Positions 1 through 11,160 of a DNA stretch of 64,000 bases are shown piece by piece. This DNA is from Narcine bancroftii (taxonomy: Eukaryota): the NCBI RefSeq assembly GCF_036971445.1, contig NC_091470.1, positions 184,822,001 through 184,886,000 on the forward strand, given 5' to 3'. The stretch's first letter is position 1. Each line of letters opens with the position of its first letter. The position numbers were made by a program, and so were the translations under genes. The notes below the pieces were generated by a model that had not been told where the DNA came from, ran no database searches, and saw only the letters and a program-made list of their open reading frames with translations.

Positions 1-1045
1 GTCGGACTCGGTCTAGACGAATCGGTCCTCCGCCTAAGCTGATCGTGCCTCCTTCCATGCGCCATTTCCAGTCATCGTGGGAAGTATGGGGACGACCCAG
101 GGGAGGCACGAGGCGGTGAAGGAGACCACCAGGGGGCAGAAGTGATGCCCACGACCCTGCCCTCCCACTGCTCTATCCAGGCGCTGCTCATCCCTTAATG
201 AAGGCCCCAGGCCTGAAACGCTGGTTATGTAGCCACGAAAGACGAAAGACGTGGCTTGACCTGCTGAGTTTCTCCAGCATTTTGAAACTAGTGCCATAGT
301 GTCTGCAGACTTTCCTGTTTAACTGTCAGGTGCATTTTTTTAAGTGTCTGATGAGCAGCTACAAAGATGCGGTGAACCTGAACACAGGACTCATTATCTT
401 GGCTTGAATCTGGCTGAAGTGAGTGGGAGGGTGGGGGGGAAACCAGGTATCAGATCCAGGATGTGAGGGGGTTGCCGAGGGCCGCTGGAGGCTTCCTGAC
501 CAAGTTGGAGGTTCGGATCGGGTTGCTGATGGTTTGGATTGGACTGGCCTGCAGGAGTGCTGGAGGTGAATCTGTGGAGACTCTGGGTGGGGGGAGGGGG
601 GGTGGGGGGAGGGGGGGTGGGGCGATATCTCTCTTTTGCTTCTCATTCCTTGACTGTAAGAGGCGCTTCAGGCAATTCCTGCCAGTGGTGAACCTGTCTG
701 CAAAAGCAGTTACACATAACATGACCCGGTTTTTATGACATAACCCATTAAATCTTTGATCTTGAATCTTGTGTGGTAAGAGAAAGCCTGCAGAGGAAAT
801 GCACAGTTGCCGATCTTCCTGTTCCACCATGCTCCTCAAGCACTATTGCACCAAGAAGGAAAGACGCCACGGGTGGACGGAAAAGATTCACATCCTGTTA
901 TTTAATCTGCACAGGGGCACAGCATGATCCCAACTACAACAAGGACAGAGCTCTGCCCATTCAGCAAAATCATCCCTGATTTGACAGTAAGTTCAATCCA
1001 CGTGCAATAAAACTCCTGGTATCCAACAGACTGATAGATGTCGGA

Positions 1046-1256
1046 TGTGATAGTACAGATTCTATCACCAATGTGTCGGATGACTGTGATTGGCTGAGAG
1101 TGTAGCACCACCTACTGGCAGGTCTTAAAGGGTTGCTCCTAGCCAGACCAGGTCATTCTGGACTGGTCGACCTACTTGTGATATGCTCCAGTCTTCTAGT
1201 TAATAAAAGCCTTGGTTTGGATCAACGAGTCTTCGGTTCTTTCGACGCACTCTACA
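1046..1256 (+). mobile_element. Short solo LTR (family A)
   Basis: TG...CA ends and an internal AATAAA. An inverted homologue lies at 54697-54927. Confidence 0.75.
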
Positions 1257-1409
1257 CCAGATAAGTGTACTTTCCGGTTGCTTGAGATTTACAGTGCTTA
1301 AATAATACACCTCCTTGAGAATAAACAGATTGAAATATAAAATTATTCTCCTGTACTTACACTGAACAAACTTCACTTGCATGAACATAGGCCTATTGGA
1401 CATTTCAGC

Positions 1410-1860
1410 ACAGAAAGCAGGCCCCTTTCGGCCCTTCTAGGTCAAACTATTATTCTGCTTAGTGCCATTGACCTGCACCTAGTCCATTGCCCTCCATACC
1501 CCTCCCATCCATGGGATTTAACTTCTTAAATGTTAACCGAGTTCATCACTTCAGCTCGTTCCACGCTCCCACCACTCGGTGTGAAGTTCCCCCTAAACCT
1601 TTTCCCCTTTCACCCTTAACCCAAGTCCTCTGGTTTGTATCTCAGTGGAGAAAGCCTTCCTGCTTTTACTAACCCCCCTCATAATTTTAAATGCCTCAAT
1701 CAAATCTCCCCTCATTCTTCTATGCTCCAGGGAATAAAGTTCTCGCCTGTTTGACCTTTCCCTGTAACTTAATCCTGGCAACATTCTAGTAAATCTCTGC
1801 ACTCTTTCAACCTCATTGATATCTTTCCTGTCGTTAGGCGACCAAAACTGAACGCCTGAA
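1410..1860 (-). mobile_element. Decayed CR1 3' fragment
   Basis: VQFWSP..RKDI..ERVQR..RRMRGDLIE. Confidence 0.75.
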
Positions 1861-2445
1861 AGCATTTTACTTCCTTTTCACTCACATTCTTTGAAAATAT
1901 TTAACTGTCGCTGTATCTCAAGTCAAGAAAAGTCACCTTTATTTTTCGTTCATACCATAAAGACAAGATAGAATTTCTCTAGGACCACGGAGCATATTTA
2001 CATAAGTATAGGTTAGAATAGAAGTTCAATATTTTTAAAATATTATCAGTCCACAGTACCCAATCCCCAAATGTTCTGGGAGTTCAGGAGTGCGATGGCT
2101 TGGTGGTGGGGGGGGGGGAAAGCTCTTGCCCACTCTGGGCCCAAGGGCTGAAGAACCTCCTACCAGATGGCAGAAGGGAGAACTGTTGGTGTGAGGGATC
2201 CGTGGGGTCCTTTCGCCTGCATCGAGTGCCATTGACACCCGTCATGGTAGGACATGAGCCCCGGCGGCCTTTTCCCACTGACCCCACCATCCTCTGTGGG
2301 CCTCGTGGGTTCTGCAGGTTCCTCCCCCTCAATGGAGCTGCCTGAACATTATCAAACTTCCCCTTCCCACCCCCCTCCCAAAGCTTATGGATGAAGCCCC
2401 TAACCGGAGCAACTCCAACTGAGCAGGGATAAGGAGACATGTTAA

Positions 2446-4695
2446 ACAGAGTGAAGAGCAAGGAGGGGCCTAAAGTTGAGGTTCTGGATTGGAGAAGAGC
2501 AAATTTCGAAGGAATAAGAAGGGATTTGGGGAGTATTGAGTGGGACAGGATATTTTCAGGTAAGGATGTAAATGAAAAATGGAGGATATTTAGAAAAGAA
2601 ATTTTGCGGGTACAGAGTAGATATGTCCCAGTGAGGATCAAAGGAAAGGCTGGAAGTCACAGGGAGGCTTGGTTTTCGAGGAATATTGGAAATTTGGTTA
2701 GGAGAAAAAGGGAGGTGTACAAGAGGTATAAAGAGCAGGGAGCTGAGAGTTTGAAGGAGGACTACAAGGAGTGTAGAAGGAATTTTAAGAAAGAAATTAG
2801 AAAGGCCAAAAAAAGGCACAAAGAGGCTTTGGCAGAGAGAGTAAAAATAAATCCAAAGGGTTTCTATAGGTACATTAAAAGTAAAAGATTAGTGAGGGAT
2901 AAAATTGGACCCCTTGTAGATAGCGAAGGTAGGCTGAGTGAGAAGTCAGAGGAAATGGGGGAAATTTTGAATGATTTCTTTGCCTCGGTATTCACTAGGG
3001 AAAAAAATATTGTACCAGTTGAAGTAAAGAAAAATAGTGGGGAGGTCATGAAGTATATAAGGATAACCGAGGAGGTAGTGATGGCTGTGTTGAAAAAGAT
3101 AAAGGTGGATAAATCTCTGGGACCGGACAAAATATTCCCAAGGACACTCAGGGAGGCTTGTGGACAGATAGTGGGGCCATTAACAGAGATATTTAGGATG
3201 TCACTGGTCATGGGGGTAGTGCCAAAGGATTGGAGGGTGGCGCATGTGGTTCCGCTGTTTAAGAAAGGGTCCAAATGTAAACCTGGGAATTAAAGGCCCG
3301 TGAGTCTGACGTCTGTGGTGGGTAAGTTGATGGAAAGTGTTCTGAGGGATGGTATTTACAAATATTTGGAGGTACAGGGATTGATAGGGAGTAATCAGCA
3401 TGGTTTTGTCAGGGGTAGATCATGCTTAACAAACCTGATTGAGTTTTTCGAGGGGGTTACAAAAAAGGTTGATGAAGGGAAAGCTGTAGATGTTGTCTAT
3501 TTAGACTTTAGTAAAGTTTTTGACAAAGTTCCCCACAGGAGGTTAGGAAAAAAGGTGGAGGCATTAGGTATAAAGAAGGAGGTAGTGAAATGAATTCAGC
3601 AATGGTTGGATGGGAGGTGTCAGAGAGTAGTGGTAGAAAATTGTTTGTCCAATTGGAGGCCGGTGACTAGTGGAGTTCCTCAGAGATCGGTACTGGGTCC
3701 ACTATTGTTTGTTATATATATTAATGATCTGGAAGTAGGGGTGGAGAATTGGATAAGCAAGTTTTCAGATGATACAAAGATTGGTGGTGTTGTGGACAGT
3801 GAGGAAGATTACCGTAGATTAAAAGGTGATTTAAGAAGGCTGGAGGTGTGGGCTGAGAAATGGCTGATGGAATTTAATACAGATAAGTGTGAGGTGTTAC
3901 ATTTTGGAAAGGCAAATCTAAATAGGTCATATGCATTAAATGGTAGGCTATTGAGATGTGCAGAACAACAAAGTGATTTAGGAGTGATGGTAAATAGTAC
4001 CCTCAAGGCTGATACTCAGGTAGATGGTGTGGTGAAGAAGGCATTTGGAATGTTGGCCTTCATAAATCGGAGTATTGAATTCAAGAGTAGGGAGGTTATG
4101 ATGAAATTGTACAAGGCATTGGTGAGGCCAAATTTGGAGTAGTGTGTACAGTTTTGGTCACCAAATTATAGGAAAGATATAAACAAAATAGAGAAAGTAC
4201 AGAGAAGGTTCACAAGAATGTTGACAGGATTTCAAGGTTTGAGTTACAGGGAAAGGTTGTGCAGACTGGGGCTTTTTTCTCTGGAGCGTAGAAGATTGAG
4301 GGGGGACTTGATAGAGGTGTTTAAGATTTTAAAAGGGACAGACAGAGTAAATGTGGATAGGCTTTTTCAATTAAGAGTGGGGGAGATTCAAACTAGACAT
4401 GGTTTAAGATTGAAGGGGGAAAATTATAAGGGGAACATGAGGGGAAATTTCTTTACGCAAAGGGTGGTGGGGATGTGGAATGAGCTTCTGGCAGACGTGG
4501 TCGAGGCGGGATCATTGGTTACATTTAAGGAAAGACTGGATAGTTACATGGAGAGGGGAGGACTGGAGGGGTATGGACTGGGTGCTGGTCAGTGGGACTA
4601 GGAGGGTGGGAATTTGTTACGGCATGGACTAGTAGGGCCGAACTGGCCTGTTCTGTGCTGTAAGTGGTTATATGGTTATATGGTTATATGGTTAA
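2446..4695 (+). mobile_element. 5'-truncated CR1 LINE (ORF2 RT region and 3' UTR)
   Basis: Collinear ORFs 2439-4601 carry QHGF..GRSCLTNL, YLDFSK.FD, GVPQ.SVLGP, FSDD and RRRLRGDLIE, with in-frame stops. The 3' tail is an 8-bp repeat (GTTATATG)n at about 4667-4694. Confidence 0.95.
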
Positions 4696-6672
4696 GAGTC
4701 ACCCCAACGGCGAAAGGCATCGACCGGCGCTTCATTCTGGGCGATTCACACAACATTATTCAAACAGCTGCTACAAGCAAAGCCCGGCCAAGGCCTTCCG
4801 CTGGCTGAATATTCGCTCCCATCTTCAACAAAGTGCTACTCCAGAATTTTAAACGTACATATTTTTAAACAATTTTTAAAAATTATTAATTATCCTCGAT
4901 ATTTTTGGCAGTTTCTTGAATTCTGGGTAGCGGGGGTTTTGCTGTATCGAGCTTACCGACAGTAGCATTTTGTGTGTCTTCCCCCCCCCCACCCACCACC
5001 AAGATGGGACGGTTAGTGCTGCGGTTAGCAGAACGCTGTTAGAGCGCCAGCAAAGCAGGTTCGAATCCAGCGCCGTCTGTTTGTAGGTTCTCCCCATGTC
5101 TTCATGGGGAATCCTCTGGATGCTCCAGTTTCCTCCCACATTCCAAAGATATCCGGACGGAAGATGATGTTCGGGAGCAGTTCCGAGCCCAGAGGATCCC
5201 AAAACCCAGCAACAATAGATATTCACCAAGACAAATAGTTACTTAAACAAAAGTTGTTTTTAATTATCTTTAAACATGAAAATAGAATCAAGCGTTAACT
5301 TATCTCTATTGACTTAACTAACCTAACTTAATCCCCTTCTAATTCTAAGAGACGTGTATTTAATGTGTGTGTAAGTTCAGGAACGTTCTTTGGTTCACAG
5401 TCCAATCTCATTCCTCCAAGTTCACTGGTTGCAGGCAATTAGGGGCATTTAAAAGACAGGCACACTGAAGAAAGAAATATAGAGGGTTACATGGAAGATA
5501 AGGTTTAAATTTTAAATCAGAATCAGGATTTATTGTCAAGAACAAACCGCGAATGTTGGGGTTTGCGGCAGCGTCACAGTGCAAACTGTGACTGTAAAAA
5601 AAGTAAGGCAGTGTCTTGGGTTCATTGATCATCAAGAAATCTGATGCCAGATAACAAGCTATTCGGCCCATGGGCCAGTGCCGCCCAGTCGGCTTTGGAC
5701 GCGGGTACAGTAACTTTGGGGTGTTTTTTTGTAGAAATAAATAGGTCAGCACAACAGTGAGGGCTGAATGGCCTGTACTATGTTCTATGTTCTTCCTGGA
5801 ACACCGCTCAGACTGGCTCGCCCACCCACTGACCCGCTCTTCTGTCTGGCGCAACTTGTTCTCACCCCAAATTACTTCTCATTTGGTGTCTTTCAGGGGC
5901 TTCCACCCAGGGTGGTAACTCATGGTGTCAGCCCCCAACCCCCTCCCCCCGCCATGGACTTGAATGGCAATAGTAATGAGATAAACAGCCAGCAAAATGA
6001 AACTTACACCTTTAAATTAGAATATAATGCAAATATTATATGAATATTAACAAGACTGTTTTTTACATTGAATCACAACATTATTCATGACTGAGCAGAA
6101 GCCTTTCCAATTTTTCTCCTTTTTTTCCTTTAATTATGACTTCATCGCCAAAAAAATTCATTGATGTCGATTCACAAATACTAATGACCACAAGGTTGTA
6201 GCTAAAACACCAGAGCATTTGGCCAAAACAGCGATTCTAAAAACACCGGCAGCAACAAAAACAACAGCGCTTGCTTGTGCAGGTGAACCCATGGGATATG
6301 AACTGTCATCATCATTGGGTCATAATGACAGCTCTGACCTGAGGTTCAAAATGTAAATAAGCATCAAGTTTTGGCCTCATGGGTCTATCGATACATGTCA
6401 GCTGGGCTGATGGAAAATGTTTTTGTTGATGGAACTAGCTAGAACCATAGCACAGAAAACAGGCCATTCGTTCTCTCTAGTCTGTGCTGACCATCATCTC
6501 CCTAGTCCCACTGACCTGCCCCCATTCCATAACCCTCCAGACCTCTCCCATCCAAGTATCTATCCAATTTATTCTTAAAACACACAATCGAACCCGCATT
6601 CACCACATCAGATTGTTCCACACTCCCCCCACTCTCTGAGCAAAGAACTTGCCCCTAATGTTCCCGCTAATC

Positions 6673-7020
6673 CAGGGGTTCTCAACCTTTTCCTTTCCAC
6701 TCACATCCCACCTTAAGCAATCCCTATGTCATTGGTGCTCTGTGATTAGTAAGCAATTGCTTAAGGTGAGTAGGAAGGGAAGGTTGAGAATCACTGCTCG
6801 AGACCCAATTGTTACTGAAATATTTTGCTTGACAAAAATTGTCATTGGCCCATTTCCTTTCGAGTCATGAAACCACGAGTCAATTAGGTGCGATTAAAAC
6901 AGTGGTTCTCAACCTTTTTCTTTCCCCCCACATCCCACCTTAAGCAATCACAGAGCACTGATGGCATAGGGATTACTTAAAGTGGGATGTGAGTGGAAAG
7001 AAAAAGGTTGAGAACCACTG
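6673..7020. mobile_element. Composite hAT-like MITE (two inverted ~120-bp units and a spacer)
   Basis: TIRs CAG(G/T)GGTTCTCAACCTT...AAGGTTGAGAA(C/T)CACTG on both units (6673-6796, 6900-7020). The outer 8-bp flanks CGCTAATC and CCCTAAAC match at 6 of 8 positions. Confidence 0.8.
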
Positions 7021-7356
7021 CCCTAAACTTCTCCCCTTTCAGCTAAAAACTATGACCTTGTGCTGACTCACCACAAGGCAGGCGAACCGGCCCCGCTTGT
7101 AAGCCACACGGCGGGGCAGCTTGCCAAAATGGCGCCGTTGGGAGATTCCCTTCCTTCCAGCTCGGGGCTCAGAAACCCGTGCTTGGGGACCATGTGATGC
7201 ACGGGTGACATCAGTGACCTCCAGCGCGGTTCTCAGCCAGGTCCGGGCTGGGATTATAAGTGCAGCCCAGCAGCCTGCAATAAACTAGTCTGCTCACTGA
7301 GCTCAACCCATCTGGTTGCATGTATTATTGCAGGAGCAATGTAGCTGCTGCTACAA

Positions 7357-8124
7357 TTGGTGACCCCGACTGGTTCAAATGTCTTTGAACCCATCATGAG
7401 TGAGCCTGGGATCAGTGCTATAGCTGTGAAACTTTCTGAATTCTGCATTCAGGAGCCAGAGACCTGGTTTGTCCACACAGAGGCCCAGTTTCACTTCCAC
7501 CAGATTTTGTCTGACACGACCAAATTCTACCATGCGGTCGCTGCCCTGAACCAGGCCACCACCAGATGTGTGCTGCACCTTGTTCAGCACCCACCTGCTG
7601 AGGACAAGTACAAGACCATCAAGCGAGTGCTTACTGAGTCCCTCAGACTATCCAGACACCAGCGTGCCGCTCGGGTGCTGCATCTTGATGCCCTGGGAGA
7701 CAGGTCCCCAATGGAACTGATGGCTGAGATGCTCGCGCTCATAGGTGAGCACACCAACTGCCCACTTTTCGAGTGCATCTTCCTCGAACATATGCCCGTG
7801 GACATACGGCCACTGCTGATTCAGGAGAGCTTCATTGACCCAAGGAAGGTCGCCCAGAAGGCCCAAGAGCTATGGCTTGTAAATTCTAGGAAGGCTCAGT
7901 GGTCCAGCAGGTCACGAGGGACGGGCACGAGGAATGACCATGCCAAGCCCACCCCTAACACTGCAGTAGAGCACCTGGCCCCTGCAGGGGCCCCCAAGAG
8001 CAGAACCAAGGCCACAGCATCCGCTTCAGGCCTCTGCTTCTACCACCAGTGCTGGGGAGCCAAGGCTTGGAAGTATCATCAGCCCTGCTCGTTCCAGGGA
8101 AATGACCAGGTTGGCCGCTGTTAA
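7357..8124 (+). pseudogene. Gypsy gag
   Basis: 255-aa ORF with VKLSEF..PETWFVHTEAQF and a degenerate C-terminal knuckle (LCFYHQCWG...PC). It starts at the 5' LTR/PBS boundary. Confidence 0.8.
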
Positions 8125-11100
8125 TGGCTGCGGCAGCTGGCCAAGGACACAGCCTTCTCTACCTGCGGGACTCAGTCAGCGGCCTGCGGTTCCTTGTTGA
8201 CACTGGAGTCCAGATCAGCATCATACTGGCCATGGCCATCGAATCCAGGAAGCGACCTCGTGGACCTCCCCTCCATGCGGCCAACTCAATGGCAATCCGG
8301 ACGTATGGAGACAAGACAGTCCACTTCCAGATCGGCCAACAGAATTTTGCGTGGAGGTTCACCAACTTGTCCCTCCCGATTGCCATCCTGGGTGCAGACT
8401 TCTTCCTTGCACACGGGCTTCTGGTGGACATTCGAGGTAGGCACCTGGTGGATACCCGTACCTTCCAGGGCATTAACCTCGACGCCTCCCGCTCGGAGCA
8501 ACTGCAGATGGCCACAATCAGCATGCCCAGAGATGAGTTCCAGCAGATCCTGGACAAGTTCCCGACACTCCTCAAGGCACAGTTCTCCGCTGCCTCGCTG
8601 TGCCACAGGGTGTTCCACCACATCCCGACCCAGGGCCCGCTGGTTCATGCCAAGGCACGCCGGCTTCCACCTGACAAGCTCCAGGTAGTGAAGAAGGAGT
8701 TCTCACACCTGTTGGAGCTGGGGATTATTCGGCGGTCTGACAGCCCATGGGCCTCGCTGCTCCACCTGGTCCCGAAAGCCTCTGGTGGCTGGCGTCCCTG
8801 CGAAGACTATCGACAGCTCAACAAGGCAATTGTTCCTGACCGTTACCCCATCCCTCACATCCAGGACTTTACGGCCAACCTGCACAGCACAAGGGTCTTC
8901 TCCAAGGTTGATCTGGTGCGCAGATATCACCAGATCCTGGTGCACCCCGAGTACATATCCAATATGGCCATCATCACCCCCTTTGGCCTGTTCGAATTCC
9001 TGCGCATGCCATTCGTACTCAAGAATGACGTTCCGACCTTCCAGCACCTCATGGACTCAGTGGACAGGGACTTGGATTTCGTCTTTATTTAATTGAACGA
9101 CATCCTTGTCGCCAGCAAGGACCGGGCGCAACACAAGGCCCACCTATGTGTCCTTTTCTCCCAGCTGGCCGACTTCAGCCTTACCATCAACCCGGCCAAG
9201 TGCCAGTTCGGGAAAGAATCCATGCAGTTCCTGGGACATAGCATCACGGCCGAAGGAGCCACGCCCGCCGCTGCGAAGGTTGCCGCCATCAGGGAGTTCC
9301 CACACCCGGACAGCCTCAAGGGGCTGCAGGAGTTTGCGGGTATGGTCAACTTCTACAACCGATTCATCCCAGGAGCTGCGCGCATCATGCAGCCGCTGTT
9401 CACCCTCTTCGCAGCCAAGCACAAGACACTAGCTTGGAACCCAGAAGCCTGCACTGCATTTGAGGCCACAAAGGACACCCTCGCAAAGGCCGCCATGCTC
9501 TCCCACCCGCACACCGACCTGCGTATAGCGCTGTCTGTCAATGCTTCTGCCACAGCCGTCGGTGCCATCCTGGAGCAGCAGGTGAATGGACATTGGAAGC
9601 CACTTGCATTCTTCAGCTGCCTGCTCCACCCGCCGGAATGCAAGTATAGTGCCTTCGACCGCGAGTTATTGGGCATGTACCTGGCGATGTGGCATTTCTG
9701 CTATTTTTTGGAGGGGAGGACTTTTACCATCTTCACTGACCACAAACCCCTCACCCAGGTGCTCACGATGGCAAAGGATCCCTGGTTGACCCGCCAGCAG
9801 AGTCACCTCTCCTTTGTGTCGGAGTTTACCACCGACAATCGGCACAAGGTGGGGAAGGACAATGTGGTTGCTGATGCATTCTCGCGACCAGCCATCTGCG
9901 TGCTGATGCCCGGCCTCGACTTCGACCACCTCGCCCGGGACCAGGAAGCTGATGAGGAGACAAGGGCCTTCAAGACAGCCATCACCGGCCTGCAGTTCTG
10001 AGACCTCCTAACTCCGAGCGGCGAAGGCACCATCCTGTGCGATATCTCCTTGGGCACCCCGCGGCCAGTGGTTCCGCTGCAGTGGTGGAGGCAGGTCTTC
10101 TGTCACATCCACGACCTTTCACATCCGTCCATCAGGTCCACTGTCCGGATGGCGGATGGTGGCAGAACAGTTCGTATGGCATGGGCTGTGGAAGCAGATC
10201 ACGGGCTGGGCCAAAACATGCACCCATTGCCAGACGTCCAAGGTGCACAGGCACATCAGGGTGTCCGTACAGGAGTTCGAGCATGTCCGGGAACAGTTCA
10301 GCCACATTAACATGGACATCGTTGGGCCCTTACCTGTTTCCCGGGGCAACTGTTACCTGTTTACGGTGGTAGACTTCACCACTCGCTGGCCCGAGGCGAT
10401 CCCAATGCCAGACACCTCCACCGACTCCTGCTCCCGAGCCCTGCTGCATGGTTGGGTCACCCAGTTCGGCGTCCCAGCTCACCTCACCAGCAATCAGGGC
10501 ACCCAGTTCACATTTGCGCTCTGGGCACAGCTCGCCGACAGGTTGGGGATACAGCTACACCGCACCACAGCCTACCACCCTCAGGCCAATGGACTGGTCG
10601 AACGTCTACACTGCCACCTTAAGTCAGCGGTCATGGCCCACCTCACCGGTCCCGACTGGACAGACAAACTGCCTTGTGTGCTCCTGGGCATCCGCTCCAC
10701 TCCCAAGGAAGATCTGCAGGCATCATCCGCTGAGCTGGTCTACGGTGCGCCACTGGAACTACCTGGTGAGTTCGTCAACGCACCTCACAATCCCCAGCGG
10801 TCGCCACATGAACTACTTCCTCACCTCAGGGCACGCTTGGACTCGTTCGAACACTCACTGCCACCCAGGCATGGCACCCACCCGTCTCACGTTCCCGGCG
10901 AACTGCTTTCCGTGAAGTTCGTTTTCGTTCAGCGGGGCCCGACCACGGCACCTCTACAGCGACCATACGAGGGGACGTACAGGGTTGTGCAGCATTTCAG
11001 CTCGACATTCACGCTGGACATTGGCGGCAGGCATGACCTGTTTACCATGGACAGGATGAAGCCAGCGCACCTCGATCCCACCGAGCCCGTGGTCATTGCC

Positions 11101-11160
11101 CAGCCCAAGAAGGGAGGCTGCCTGGCAAAAAGGACATTGGCGCCGGTTCTGGGGGGGGGG
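8124..11160 (+). pseudogene. Gypsy pol (PR-RT-RH-IN), inactivated
   Basis: Motifs DTG, SPWAS.LHLV.K, DRYPIP, YSAFDRELL, TDHKPL, HINMDIVGPLP, YHPQANGLVER. The catalytic YxDD reads TAA-L-N-D at 9090-9101. There is a further stop at 9999-10001 and frameshifts near 10040-10150. Confidence 0.92.

Noticed and set aside
5897-5914. 18-nt micro-exon GLPPRV linking the 345-418 and 12786 candidates
   Set aside because: Its donor lies in the end of the DNA-transposon-like repeat starting near 5905, so it is probably fortuitous.
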